Below, one piece after another: positions 37,612 through 47,593 of a stretch of DNA of 48,747 nt. The DNA is taken from assembly GCA_030018905.1 (NCBI GenBank), contig JASEHJ010000002.1:1-48747 (forward strand). Reading direction: 5' to 3'. Each line of letters opens with the position of its first letter. The stretch's first letter is position 1. The notes beneath the pieces are model-generated. The model did no database searches, was not told the origin of the DNA, and worked only from the letters and a program-made list of their open reading frames with translations. This stretch comes from a bacterium (GTDB lineage Bacteria; Sysuimicrobiota; Sysuimicrobiia; Sysuimicrobiales; Humicultoraceae). Position numbers and translations under genes: made by a program.

Positions 37612-38535
37612 ATGGCGGAGATCATTGACGGCAACGCCATCGCCGAGGAGATCAAGTCCGAACTCAAGGCCGAGATCGCGGAGATGCAGGCGAAGGGGCG
37701 CAATCCGGGTGTGGCCACGCTCCTGGTCGGAGATGACTACGGCGCGAAGATGTACCGGCGCCAGGTCGAGCGCACCGCGGCAGAGATAGGGCTGGCCTAC
37801 AGGGATGTCTCACTCCCGGCAGATGCCGTCCTGGAGGACGTCGTCAGCGCGATGCACGCGCTCAACCAGGACCCGACAGTACACGGTATCCTGCCGCTGC
37901 GGCCCTTGCCCAAGGGGATGCCTGAGGCGCCCGTGCTTGAGGCGATGGATCCAGCCAAGGACATTGATTGCCTGCACGCGATCAACGCCGGCCGGCTGTC
38001 CCTGGGGCAGCCCGTGGTCTACCCGGCCACCCCATGGGCCTGTTATGTGCTGCTGGAGCGGTTCTACGCCCGCAAGGGGCTGGATCCTAAGACGGCGTTC
38101 GAGGGCAAGGATTTGGTGATAGTGGGACGCAGCAACATCGTGGGCAAGCCCGCCTACTTCCTGGCGCTGGAGCGAAACGCGACGGCCACCACCGTGCACT
38201 CTTTCACCTCTCGGGCCGGCACCTTGCCCGCGCACACGCGCAGGGCCGACATCCTGATCGTCGCCATGGGTAAGGCCGAGTTCATCACCGCTGAGATGGT
38301 CAAACCGGGCGCCATCGTCGTGGACGTGGGTATCAACATGAAACCGGTTCTGGACAGCGCGGGTCAGCCGGTGCTGGACGACCGCGGCCGTCCCAAGCGG
38401 AAGACGGTGGGTGACGTTGCCTTCGACGAGGTCCGGGAGGTCGCGGGCGCCATCACCCCGGTGCCGGGCGGAGTCGGGTCGGTCACCAACATGCTGCTCA
38501 TGCGCAACGCAGTTCGAGCCGCTGGGAGGGTCTGA
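37612..38535 (+). CDS. folD: Methylene-THF dehydrogenase FolD (probably monofunctional)
   Basis: IIDG, KDID, PATP, VGRSNIVGKP, DVGIN, GDV, ITPVPGGVG. Confidence 0.93.
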   Translation: MAEIIDGNAIAEEIKSELKAEIAEMQAKGRNPGVATLLVGDDYGAKMYRRQVERTAAEIGLAYRDVSLPADAVLEDVVSAMHALNQDPTVHGILPLRPLPKGMPEAPVLEAMDPAKDIDCLHAINAGRLSLGQPVVYPATPWACYVLLERFYARKGLDPKTAFEGKDLVIVGRSNIVGKPAYFLALERNATATTVHSFTSRAGTLPAHTRRADILIVAMGKAEFITAEMVKPGAIVVDVGINMKPVLDSAGQPVLDDRGRPKRKTVGDVAFDEVREVAGAITPVPGGVGSVTNMLLMRNAVRAAGRV

Positions 38536-38537
38536 TA

Positions 38538-39083
38538 ATGCCCTCTGCCGCTTCGGGCACCACGGCCCGGCCGCGCAAGACAGTCTACCTTGGCGATCCC
38601 CTGGCCGAACCGCCGCCGCCCGAGCTGCTGGCCATCCTGGAGCGCCACCGGGGCCGCGGTGATGTGCTGGTGACCGTGCTGCAGCAGATCCAGGCGCAGT
38701 ACGGCTACCTTCCCGAACGCTCCGTGCGATACGCCTCCCGGGAGCTGGGCATTCCCCTGGCGCGCTTGTACGGGGTGGCCACGTTCTACAATCAGTTCCG
38801 CTTCACCCCTCCGGGCCGCATCCAGTTGCAGGTGTGCTGCGGCACGGCCTGCCACGTCGGGGGCGCTCCGGCAATCGTGGAGAGGCTGAAGGCGCACCTG
38901 CAGATCGCGGAGAACCAGACGACCCCGGACGGGATCTTCACGCTGCAGACCGTCTTCTGTGTCGGTTGCTGCAGTTTGGCCCCGGTCGTCATCGCCAGCG
39001 GCGCGGCACACGGCCGCATGACACCGGGAGGAGCCGAGAGCCTGGTGCGCGATCTGGGTGCGGCAGAGGAGGGCCGTCCGTGA
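38538..39083 (+). CDS. NuoE-like [2Fe-2S] subunit of the formate dehydrogenase complex
   Basis: LQQIQ..YGYLP; GVATFY; VCCGTACH..G; CVGCCSLAP. Confidence 0.9.
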   Translation: MPSAASGTTARPRKTVYLGDPLAEPPPPELLAILERHRGRGDVLVTVLQQIQAQYGYLPERSVRYASRELGIPLARLYGVATFYNQFRFTPPGRIQLQVCCGTACHVGGAPAIVERLKAHLQIAENQTTPDGIFTLQTVFCVGCCSLAPVVIASGAAHGRMTPGGAESLVRDLGAAEEGRP

Positions 39084-40681
39084 GGTCCACGGTCAAGGTC
39101 GGGACTTCCACCTGCGGCCTGGCCACAGGAGCCGAGGCCACTTTCCGTGCCCTGCAAGAGGCGGTGTCAGAGACGGGGCTGGCGGTCTCGACCCAGCGTA
39201 CGGGCTGCCTTGGCGCGTGCCACCGCGAGCCGTTGGTAGAGATCGTTGTGGACGGCGCGCATGTGCTCTACGGCCCTGTTACCGCCGACCGAGCGCGCCC
39301 CTTGCTGGAAGGGCACTTCACGCTGCATGGAGCGCCTCCGCCGCCGGAGGACTGGGTTGTCAGTCGCACCCCCGATCGTCGTGACTACGCCTTCTTTGCC
39401 CCGCAGGTGAAGGTGACCACAGCCAACTGCGGCGTCATCGATCCGCTCTCACTGGAAGACTACCTCGCGGCCGGAGGCTACGAGGGACTGCGCCGGGCGC
39501 TGGCGATGTCACCCGAGGCCGTCGTCGCAGCGGTCACTGACGGCCGCCTGCGGGGACGGGGAGGAGCGGGCTACCCCACAGGTCTCAAGTGGAAGATCTG
39601 CCGCAGCCAGCCAGATCCGCTGAAGTACCTGGTCTGCAATGCCGACGAGGGAGACCCCGGCGCGTTCATGGACCGGACCCTTATCGAGGGCGATCCGCAC
39701 CGTGTTCTGGAGGGCATGATCATCGCGGCGCACGGGATCGGGGCGCGGTGGGGATATGCGTATGTTCGGGCCGAGTATCCCCTTGCGGTCAAGCACCTGG
39801 AAGCGGCGATCGCACAGGCCCGCGACGCGGGCTACCTTGGGACCGATATCCTGGGCTCCGGGCTGGATTTCGATGTGATCGTCAAGGAAGGGGCCGGCGC
39901 GTTCGTGTGTGGTGAGGAGACGGCGCTGATGCACTCAATCGAAGGGCGGCGGGGAACGCCCCGCATGCGTCCGCCGTATCCCGCCGCGTCAGGACTGTGG
40001 GGGCATCCGACGAACATCAACAACGTCGAGTCCTATGCCAGTGTACCGAGCATCATGACGGGCGGCGCCGAATGGTTCTCGAGTCTCGGAACGTCCGAGA
40101 GCGGAGGAACCAAGACCTTCGCCCTCGCCGGTGCGATCCAGCGCACCGGCCTGGTCGAGGTACCCATCGGGGTGAGCCTGAGGCAGGTGATCTTCGACGT
40201 CGGGGGCGGCATCCGCGACGGGCATAGCTTCAAGGCGGTGCAGATCGGCGGGCCCTCAGGCGGGTGTCTCCCGGAGTGCCTGCTGGATACCCCGGTGGAC
40301 TACGGTCCCCTGCGGGCCACCGGGGCTATCATGGGCTCCGGTGGAATGGTCGTTGTGGACGATACCACCTGCATGGTGGATCTTGCCCGTTACTTCCTGA
40401 GCTTCACCCAGGACGAATCTTGTGGCAAGTGCATTCCCTGCCGGATCGGGACCCGCAAGATGCTGGGGATCCTCACCAAGATCACCAGGGGCGAGGGCGA
40501 TACCGCCGATCTTGACCGCCTGCAGCAGGTCGCGCATACTATCCACACCACCTCGCTCTGTGGGTTGGGCCAGACAGCGCCCAACCCGGTGCTGACCACC
40601 CTGCGGTACTTCCGGGACGAGTACGCGGCGCACATCCACGACCGGCACTGCCCGGCGGGGACGTGCACTGCATTGAGGTGA
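39080..40681 (+). CDS. NuoF-like FMN/NAD(H)-binding subunit of the formate dehydrogenase complex
   Basis: GTGA overlap; LRGRGGAGYPTGLKW; CNADEGDPGAFMDR; GAFVCGEETAL; ESCGKCIPCR; SLCGLG; ends CPAGTCTALR. Confidence 0.92.
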   Translation: MRSTVKVGTSTCGLATGAEATFRALQEAVSETGLAVSTQRTGCLGACHREPLVEIVVDGAHVLYGPVTADRARPLLEGHFTLHGAPPPPEDWVVSRTPDRRDYAFFAPQVKVTTANCGVIDPLSLEDYLAAGGYEGLRRALAMSPEAVVAAVTDGRLRGRGGAGYPTGLKWKICRSQPDPLKYLVCNADEGDPGAFMDRTLIEGDPHRVLEGMIIAAHGIGARWGYAYVRAEYPLAVKHLEAAIAQARDAGYLGTDILGSGLDFDVIVKEGAGAFVCGEETALMHSIEGRRGTPRMRPPYPAASGLWGHPTNINNVESYASVPSIMTGGAEWFSSLGTSESGGTKTFALAGAIQRTGLVEVPIGVSLRQVIFDVGGGIRDGHSFKAVQIGGPSGGCLPECLLDTPVDYGPLRATGAIMGSGGMVVVDDTTCMVDLARYFLSFTQDESCGKCIPCRIGTRKMLGILTKITRGEGDTADLDRLQQVAHTIHTTSLCGLGQTAPNPVLTTLRYFRDEYAAHIHDRHCPAGTCTALR

Positions 40682-40685
40682 TGAC

Positions 40686-43586
40686 ATGGTGGCGTTGACC
40701 ATTGACGGGAGGAAGGTCGAGGCGGGAGCGGGCTCCACGGTGCTCGACGCCGCGCTGGCCGCCGGCATCGAGATCCCCCGCCTGTGCCATCACCCTGAGC
40801 TGACGGCCTGGGGCGGGTGCCGGCTCTGCCTGGTGGAGGTGGAGGGGCAGCAGGCACCGGTTCCGAGTTGCGGTCTCGCCGCCGCCGCCGGCATGGTGGT
40901 CATCACGCACAGCGAACAACTCGAGGCGCACAGGCGCGAGGTGCTCGATCTACTGCTGTCCGATCACCCCCTGAACTGCGTCATCTGCGAGAAGGCGGGC
41001 GCCTGTGACCTGCAGCGCTATGCCTACGAGTTTGGCCTCTCCGAGAGCAGCCACGAGAAGGAAATCGCGCGCAAGCTCTACCAGGACGAGAACGCGTTTC
41101 TCGTGCGGGACCACCAGTACTGCATCCTCTGCACGCGTTGCGTGCGCGTCTGCGAGGAGATCGTGGGCGCCAGTGCGATCGAGGTGGCACAGCGCGGGTT
41201 TGAAGCGTTCGTGGCCACGCCGTTCGACGCCCCGCTCGTGGAGACGCCGTGCACCTTCTGCGGCAACTGTGTCCAGGTCTGCCCGACCGCCGCGTTGGTG
41301 CCGGTGGATCGCATCGGCAAGGGCCGTGAGTGGGACCTGACCCGTACCCGCACGGTCTGTCCATACTGCGGTACCGGCTGCGGAATCGAGGTGGCCACCC
41401 GGGGTGGCGAGATCGTGTCGGTCTCCGGCTACGGTGCGCCCGCCAACGGCGAGTTCCTCTGCACCAAGGGCCGCTTCGGCCTGGGGTTCGTGGGCCACCC
41501 CGACCGGCTCCGGCGGCCACTGATCCGGCGCGACCTGGCCTACTCGCTGGGGTTGATTGACACCCCTCCGCCGGCGGCGCTGGGCCGCTCCCCGCTGGGT
41601 CGTTCGCCTGCGGCTGGGGAGACGCATGTCGAGGTGGATTGGGAGATTGCCCTCGACCTGGTCGCCGACCGCCTGGCCGCGGTGGTGAAGGAATCGGGTC
41701 CCGACGCCTTCGCCGGGATCGGCTCCGCGCTGTGCACCAACGAGGATAACTACATCTTCCAGAAGCTGGTGCGGGGGGTGATAGGCACCAACAACGTGGA
41801 CCTCTGCGCCAGGGTCTGACACGCTCCTTCGGTGGCCGGTCTGGCCGCCGCCTTCGGAAGTGGAGCAATGACCAACAGCATCCGAGAGATCAGGGACACC
41901 GACTGCATCCTGGTCATCGGATCCAACACCGGCGAGGCACACCCGGTCATCTCCTACGAGGTGGTCAGGGCGACGAGGCGCGGGGCGACGCTGATCGTGA
42001 TTGATCCCAGGAAGATCAGCCTGACCCGGCACGCTGCGCTGCACCTGCGGCCGGCGCCGGGTACCGACCACGCGCTCTACCTGGGGATGCTGAACGCCAT
42101 TGTGACCCGCGGGTGGCTCGACCGGGAGTTTGTTGGCGGGCGCACCGAGGGGTTCGAGGCGCTGGCCGCTCACCTTGAGGCCTGGGCCCCGGAGGTCGCG
42201 GCAGCGGCGTGCGGGGTGCCCGCCGAGCAGATCGTCGAGGCGGCCCGGCTCTACGCGCTGGGGTTGCGCCGGACCGCGGCGGAGGGTGGCGAGAGCGCGC
42301 CGCCGCGCGGGGCGTCCACCATCCTCTACGGGATGGGGATAACGGAGCGCTCCAACGGCACCGAACTGGTCAAGACGCTGGCCAATCTGGCCATGGTGAC
42401 CGGGCAGATCGGCCGTCCCTCCACCGGGGTCAACCCGCTGCGGGGGCAGGTGAACGTGCAGGGAGGGTGCGACATGGGCTGCCTGCCCAATGTCTACCCC
42501 GGCTACCAGCAGGTCGCCGACCCCGCGGTGCGCGCGAAGTTCGCGCGGGCCTGGGCGCAGCGCCAGTCCCAGGCCGGCCGAGAGCTGACCATGCCCGAGG
42601 CACCCGGACTGACCTTCATCGAGATGATCCGGGCCGCCGCCGATGGGCGGATCCGGGCGATGTACATCATGGGCCAGAACCTCATGATGACCAACCCGGA
42701 CGCCACCCTAATGGAGCGGGCGATGCGCTCGCTCGAGTTCCTGGTCGTCCAGGAGATCTTCCTGACCGAGACCGCCCAGCTGGCCCACGTGGTCCTGCCC
42801 GCGGCCTCGTTTGCGGAGAAGAGCGGTACCTTCACCAACACCGAGCGGCGGATGCAGCTCATTCGCCCCTTCGCCCGGCCGCCGGGTGAGGCACGGCCCG
42901 ACTGGGCGATCCTCTGCGAGGTTGGCCGCCGTCTGGGCCGGCGGCTCCGCCGCCCCCTACGCTGGGCATACGGTTCGGCGGCCGAGGTCATGCGCGAGGT
43001 CGCCGCGCTATGCTCGATCTTCGGCGGCATCACCCACGAGCGGCTGGAAACCGTGGGGCTGCAGTGGCCGTGCCCGTCCCCCGAGCACCCCGGGACGCTG
43101 TTCCTGCACGCGGAGCAGTTCTCGCGGGGCAGGGGGCGGTTTCATGCGACCTCCCCGGCACCCCCGTTTGAGCCCACCGATGACGCCTACCCGCTGGTGC
43201 TTTCCACCGGTCGAATCCTGTACCATTACAACGGCGGGCCCATGACGCGGAGGGCCGCGCCCCTGGACTGGCGCGAGCCGAGGGCCTATGCTGAGATTCA
43301 CCCTGACGATGCCGCGCGCGCCGGCGTGCGCGACGGCCAGGCGTGCCTGGTGAGCAGCAGGCGCGGCAGCATTCGCGTCCAGGCCCGCGTGGGAGGTGTT
43401 GTGCCTCCGGGGATGATCTACGTGCCGTTCCATTTCCGTGAGGCAGCGGCCAACCTGCTCACCCATGCCGACGGGCTGGACGCCGGCGCCAAGACACCGG
43501 AGTTCAAGTTCGCGGCGGTGCGCCTCGAACGGCTGCGGGCCGAGCGTTCGGGCGCTGCCGGGGGGTCGCATCCGCCGCCTGAGTAG
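40686..43586 (+). CDS. fdhF: Selenocysteine-containing Mo/W formate dehydrogenase alpha subunit with NuoG-like N-terminus (966 aa, Sec378)
   Basis: ORFs 40686-41819 and 41832-43586 are in one frame separated by TGA 41817-41819, in context DLCARV-U-HAPSVAGL. N-terminal Fe-S motifs, CPYCGTGC..CTKG, LRGQVNVQG, GTFTNTERR, PEFK. Confidence 0.93.
41817..41866 (+). promoter_or_regulatory. Bacterial SECIS element
   Basis: TGA, 11-nt spacer, then GGTGGCC-GGTCT-GGCCGCC hairpin (41831-41849); same spacing and apical sequence as the E. coli fdhF SECIS. Lower stem GCTCC/GGAGC. Confidence 0.85.
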
Positions 43587-43595
43587 GCCAAACGC

Positions 43596-45476
43596 ATGCG
43601 GCTGCACCTGAAGATCTCCCTGTGGACGGTCGCCATTCTCGTGGTGGTGGGCGGGATCTCGGTCTACGCCCTCTACGCCTTCCAGCGCCGCGCCTCAATC
43701 CAGCAGTTCGAGGTGATGGCGCACACGCTCAAGACGACCATCCTCAACAGCCTAGAGATCACGATGGTGCGCAACAATCAGGAAGAGATGCGCGAGATCA
43801 TCCGCCTCATCAAGCGCGAGGAGATGATCCGCGATGTTACCATCTACTCACGTGAAGGCCGCGTGTGGGCCTCGTCGGGAGTGAGGACCGAGGTGCCTGC
43901 GCGGGAGGCCAACGTGTTCCAGAGGGCGGCCGGCGGCCAGACACGCCTGACCGTGGAGGACCAGGGCGCGGGCGAGCTCGTGGTGCTCACGCCGGTGTTC
44001 AACAAGCAGGCGTGCCACGCATGCCATGCCGCCGATCCACCGGTCCTGGGTGTGATCAGCGTCTCCCTCTGGACGGTGCCCATCGCCAGCCAACTGCGAC
44101 GCAGCGCCCAACTGCTGGCCGCTCTGGTGGCCTTTACTTTCCTGCTGGCACTGGGCACCCTGAGCCTGCTTCTGGGCAGGCTCGTGCTGGACCCCCTGTC
44201 GGCGATGGTCACCGCGGTGCGGCAGGTGGCGGGTGGACAGTACAACGCCCGCGTTGAGGTTCGGGGGCGGGATGAGCTCGGTGTGCTTGCCGGGTCGGTG
44301 AACGAGATGGCAGAGCGCATAGATCACTACACCGCGGCCCTGAACACCCAGATCGGCGATCTTACCGGGCGGCTGGCAAGCCTGGGGATCTTCGGACGCG
44401 CCTTGACCGGAGCCTCGGATCTCTCCGCGGCCATGGACGAGATGACCCAGGGTCTTCGGGGCGTGCTACGGGCCGACCTGGCCGCGGTGTACCTGCACGA
44501 AGACGGCCTCCTCCGACTGACCTGCCGGTCCGGCGAGGGCTTCCTGCCAAGCCAGGTACTATTCGGCGAGGGAGCGGTGGGAGGCGCCGCGGCGATGCGC
44601 CGGTCGGTGCAGCTGTCTAGCACTGAGCACGGAGCCGTACTCGCCGCCCCGCTGCTGATAAAGGACAGCCTGCTCGGCGTCCTTGTGGCCGCACGGCAGT
44701 CGGCGTGGCCGTTCGTTGAGGCCGATGCCAGCCTGATGGTTACACTGTCCAACCAACTCGCGATCACCGTAGAGAACGTGCGACTCTTCGAAGAAGTACG
44801 AGCAAAGGAAGTGCACAGGGGAGAGCTGCTGAGCAAGTTGATCACAGCTCACGAGGACGAGCGACGCCGGATAGCCCGCGAACTCCACGACGAGGTGAGC
44901 CAGTCGTTGACCGGTCTGTTGATGGGCATCACCGCGGCCGAGAGCCTCCAGGACCCTGCCGCGGTACGGCAGCGCCTGGACGCGATCTACACCTCCACCG
45001 AGGCCGCCCTCGAGGAGGTTCGGAAGCTCATATACGACCTACGCCCGACCGCCCTGGACGACCTAGGCCTGGTCTCGGCGGTCCGGGCCCACGCCCGTGA
45101 TCTACTGGAGACCGCGGGCACAGCACTGACGTTCGATACGTCCGGGTTTGGCCACCGCCGCCTGAGCGCCGCGGTGGAGACTACCGTGTTCCGCGTCGCG
45201 CAGGAGGCCATCACCAACGTCGCGCGCCACGCGCGGGCGCGCTCGGTTGCGGTGCGGTTGACTTTGAAGGGCGGGATACTCACCCTGATCGTGGAAGATG
45301 ACGGCGTAGGGTTTGATCTGGCCGGCGCCGCCGGCCGCCCACAGGACCGCAGGGTGGGCATCTTGGGAATGCAGGAGCGGGCCGCACTGATTGGAGGCGA
45401 ACTGCGCATTGACTCCAGGCCTCAGCACGGGACCCGCGTGGAGCTGACCGCACGGATACGGGAGGGCGAGGCATGA
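43596..45476 (+). CDS. Membrane sensor histidine kinase (extracytoplasmic heme-c domain, HAMP, GAF, HisKA_3, HATPase)
   Basis: Two TM helices flanking a domain with CHACH; HAMP RDELG.LA..VNEM; GAF; ERRRIARELHD; QEAITNVARH; DDGVGF. Confidence 0.92.
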   Translation: MRLHLKISLWTVAILVVVGGISVYALYAFQRRASIQQFEVMAHTLKTTILNSLEITMVRNNQEEMREIIRLIKREEMIRDVTIYSREGRVWASSGVRTEVPAREANVFQRAAGGQTRLTVEDQGAGELVVLTPVFNKQACHACHAADPPVLGVISVSLWTVPIASQLRRSAQLLAALVAFTFLLALGTLSLLLGRLVLDPLSAMVTAVRQVAGGQYNARVEVRGRDELGVLAGSVNEMAERIDHYTAALNTQIGDLTGRLASLGIFGRALTGASDLSAAMDEMTQGLRGVLRADLAAVYLHEDGLLRLTCRSGEGFLPSQVLFGEGAVGGAAAMRRSVQLSSTEHGAVLAAPLLIKDSLLGVLVAARQSAWPFVEADASLMVTLSNQLAITVENVRLFEEVRAKEVHRGELLSKLITAHEDERRRIARELHDEVSQSLTGLLMGITAAESLQDPAAVRQRLDAIYTSTEAALEEVRKLIYDLRPTALDDLGLVSAVRAHARDLLETAGTALTFDTSGFGHRRLSAAVETTVFRVAQEAITNVARHARARSVAVRLTLKGGILTLIVEDDGVGFDLAGAAGRPQDRRVGILGMQERAALIGGELRIDSRPQHGTRVELTARIREGEA

Positions 45477-46138
45477 TGGCTGAGCGGGTGCGGGTGCTGA
45501 TCGTGGACGACCACGCGCTGGTGCGCGAGGGCATCAAGTCGTTGCTGCAGGACGTCCCAGAGATCGAGGTGATAGGTGAGGCCGAGGACGGGTTCGCGGC
45601 GATCGAGGAAGCACGCCGGCTTCGGCCGGACGTCGTGCTGATGGACATCGCCATGCCGCGGATGACCGGGGTGGAGGCCACCAGGCACATCCGGGAAGAG
45701 ATGCCTGAGGTGCAGGTGGTGGCGCTGACGATTCACGACAACGAAGAATACCTCTTTCAGATGCTGCGGGCGGGCGCGGCCGGCTATGTGCTCAAGAAGG
45801 CGCATCCCTCGGAGATGCTCACGGCGATCGAGGCGGCGATGCGTCAGGAAACCTATCTGACGCCGGCGATGGCAAAGGGCCTGGTGTCGGACTACCTGCG
45901 GCGCGTCCGCACCGGCGAGGAGCAGACGACCTACCGCGACCTCACCGACCGCGAGCGCGAGGTGCTCAAGCTCATCGCGGAGGGATACACCAACCCCGAG
46001 ATCGCCAAGCTGCTGCACATCAGCGTCAAGACGGTGCAGGCGCATCGCGGGCACATCATGGAGAAACTCGACCTGCACCGCCCCGCGGCGCTCATCATGT
46101 ACGCGATCCGCAAGGGGTTGGTCGAGACGGACGGCTAG
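45473..46138 (+). CDS. NarL/LuxR-family response regulator
   Basis: IVDDH, LMDIAMP, GYVLK; HTH LTDREREVL..G.TN.EIA..L.ISVKTV..HR. Confidence 0.94.
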   Translation: MMAERVRVLIVDDHALVREGIKSLLQDVPEIEVIGEAEDGFAAIEEARRLRPDVVLMDIAMPRMTGVEATRHIREEMPEVQVVALTIHDNEEYLFQMLRAGAAGYVLKKAHPSEMLTAIEAAMRQETYLTPAMAKGLVSDYLRRVRTGEEQTTYRDLTDREREVLKLIAEGYTNPEIAKLLHISVKTVQAHRGHIMEKLDLHRPAALIMYAIRKGLVETDG

Positions 46139-46167
46139 GTAGCCACGTGGTGAAGACGGAGGAGGAC

Positions 46168-47010
46168 ATGCGGACAATCGCTTACCAAGACGTCGCAGAG
46201 GCAGCAAGGCGACTTTGCATTGATGCTAACGTCTACCTGGGAGAAGACGTGCTCGGGCTACTTCGCTCCGCCCGGGAGCGGGAGCCCTCGGCGCTCGGCC
46301 AACGCGTGCTCGAAGAGATCCTGGAGAATAACCGGATAGCCGTGGCCGAGACTGTGCCCATATGCCAGGACACCGGGACGGCCTTCGTGTTCGTGGAGCT
46401 GGGCGAAGAAGTCCGCGTGGATGGCGGCCTGCTGCGCGATGCCGTGGACGAGGGCGTGCGCCGGGGGTACACGGAGGGGTATCTGCGGAAGTCGATGGTG
46501 TCCGATCCGCTCCGGCGCCGGAACACCGGCGACAACTCGCCTGCCGTTGTGCACATCGAGCTAGTCCCGGGCGATCGCGTGCGCATGACCCTTCTGCCCA
46601 AGGGCGGCGGCGCCGAGAATATGAGCCGGATGACCATGCTGACCCCTGCCGACGGCGAGGGGGGCGTGCGGGCCTTCGTGATTGAGACCGTGGAAAGGGC
46701 AGGCCCCAACGCCTGCCCGCCCGTCGTTGTTGGGGTAGGGATCGGCGGGACTTTCGATACCGTCGGTTTTCTGGCCAAGCGGGCGCTGATCCGGAAGGCA
46801 GGCGAGCGCCACCCCGATCCCTTCTACGCCCGCATGGAAGAGGATCTCCTGGCGGCCATCAACGCGCTGGGCGTGGGTCCCATGGGATACGGGGGCGAGA
46901 CCACCGCACTCGACGTGCGCATTGAGGTCTGCCCATGCCACATAGTGAGCCTACCGGTGGCGGTCAACCTGCAGTGTCACGCGGCGCGTGTGGCCCGCGC
47001 CGAACTCTGA
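46168..47010 (+). CDS. Class I Fe-S fumarate hydratase/tartrate dehydratase alpha subunit
   Basis: GGAGGAGG RBS; PICQDTG; GYLRKS; KGGGAEN; NACPP; G.GPMGYGG; CHA. Confidence 0.9.
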   Translation: MRTIAYQDVAEAARRLCIDANVYLGEDVLGLLRSAREREPSALGQRVLEEILENNRIAVAETVPICQDTGTAFVFVELGEEVRVDGGLLRDAVDEGVRRGYTEGYLRKSMVSDPLRRRNTGDNSPAVVHIELVPGDRVRMTLLPKGGGAENMSRMTMLTPADGEGGVRAFVIETVERAGPNACPPVVVGVGIGGTFDTVGFLAKRALIRKAGERHPDPFYARMEEDLLAAINALGVGPMGYGGETTALDVRIEVCPCHIVSLPVAVNLQCHAARVARAEL

Positions 47011-47029
47011 GATACCGGAGATGGAGCCC

Positions 47030-47593
47030 ATGAACCCGAAACGCCTGACGACGCCCTGGTCCGATGCGACCGTGGAAGGACTGCGCGCGGGGGATCTCGT
47101 CCTAATAAGTGGCGTGATCTACGGGGCAAGGGACGCTGCGCACAAGCGCCTGGTGGAGGCACTCGAGCGTGGCGAAACGCTGCCCGCCGATTTGCGCGGC
47201 CATCTGGTCTACTACGTTGGTCCGACACCGGCGAAGCCCGGCCAGGTGATCGGCTCGGCCGGACCGACCACCAGCACCCGCATGGACACCTACACTCCCA
47301 CGCTCCTGGCCCAGGGACTGAAGGGGATGATCGGCAAGGGCTACCGCTCCCAGCCTGTGCTGGAAGCCATGCGGCGGCATCGAGCCGTCTACATGGCGAC
47401 GACCGGCGGCGCGGGAGCGCTTCTGGCGAGGTGCTTCACCCGCGCTGAGGTTGTGGCTTACGAGGACCTGGGTCCGGAAGCCCTATTTCGGTTCGAGGTA
47501 GCCGACTTCCCCGCCATCGTCGTCAACGACGCCTTCGGGGGAGACCTGTACGCGCAGGGGAAGAAGGCCTTTAGCAAAGCCACTCCTGGATGA
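47030..47593 (+). CDS. Class I Fe-S fumarate hydratase/tartrate dehydratase beta subunit
   Basis: ARDAAHKRL; YYVGP; GPTTSTRMD; IGKG; DLGPEA. Confidence 0.9.
   Translation: MNPKRLTTPWSDATVEGLRAGDLVLISGVIYGARDAAHKRLVEALERGETLPADLRGHLVYYVGPTPAKPGQVIGSAGPTTSTRMDTYTPTLLAQGLKGMIGKGYRSQPVLEAMRRHRAVYMATTGGAGALLARCFTRAEVVAYEDLGPEALFRFEVADFPAIVVNDAFGGDLYAQGKKAFSKATPG

Noticed and set aside
40679-40684. TGA TGA after the NuoF-like gene as possible Sec readthrough
   Set aside because: No SECIS-like hairpin, no ferredoxin motif beyond it, and fdh starts at 40686.
40686-41819. Separate NuoG-like gene or fdh pseudogene
   Set aside because: The stop is a Sec codon at the catalytic position with a SECIS.
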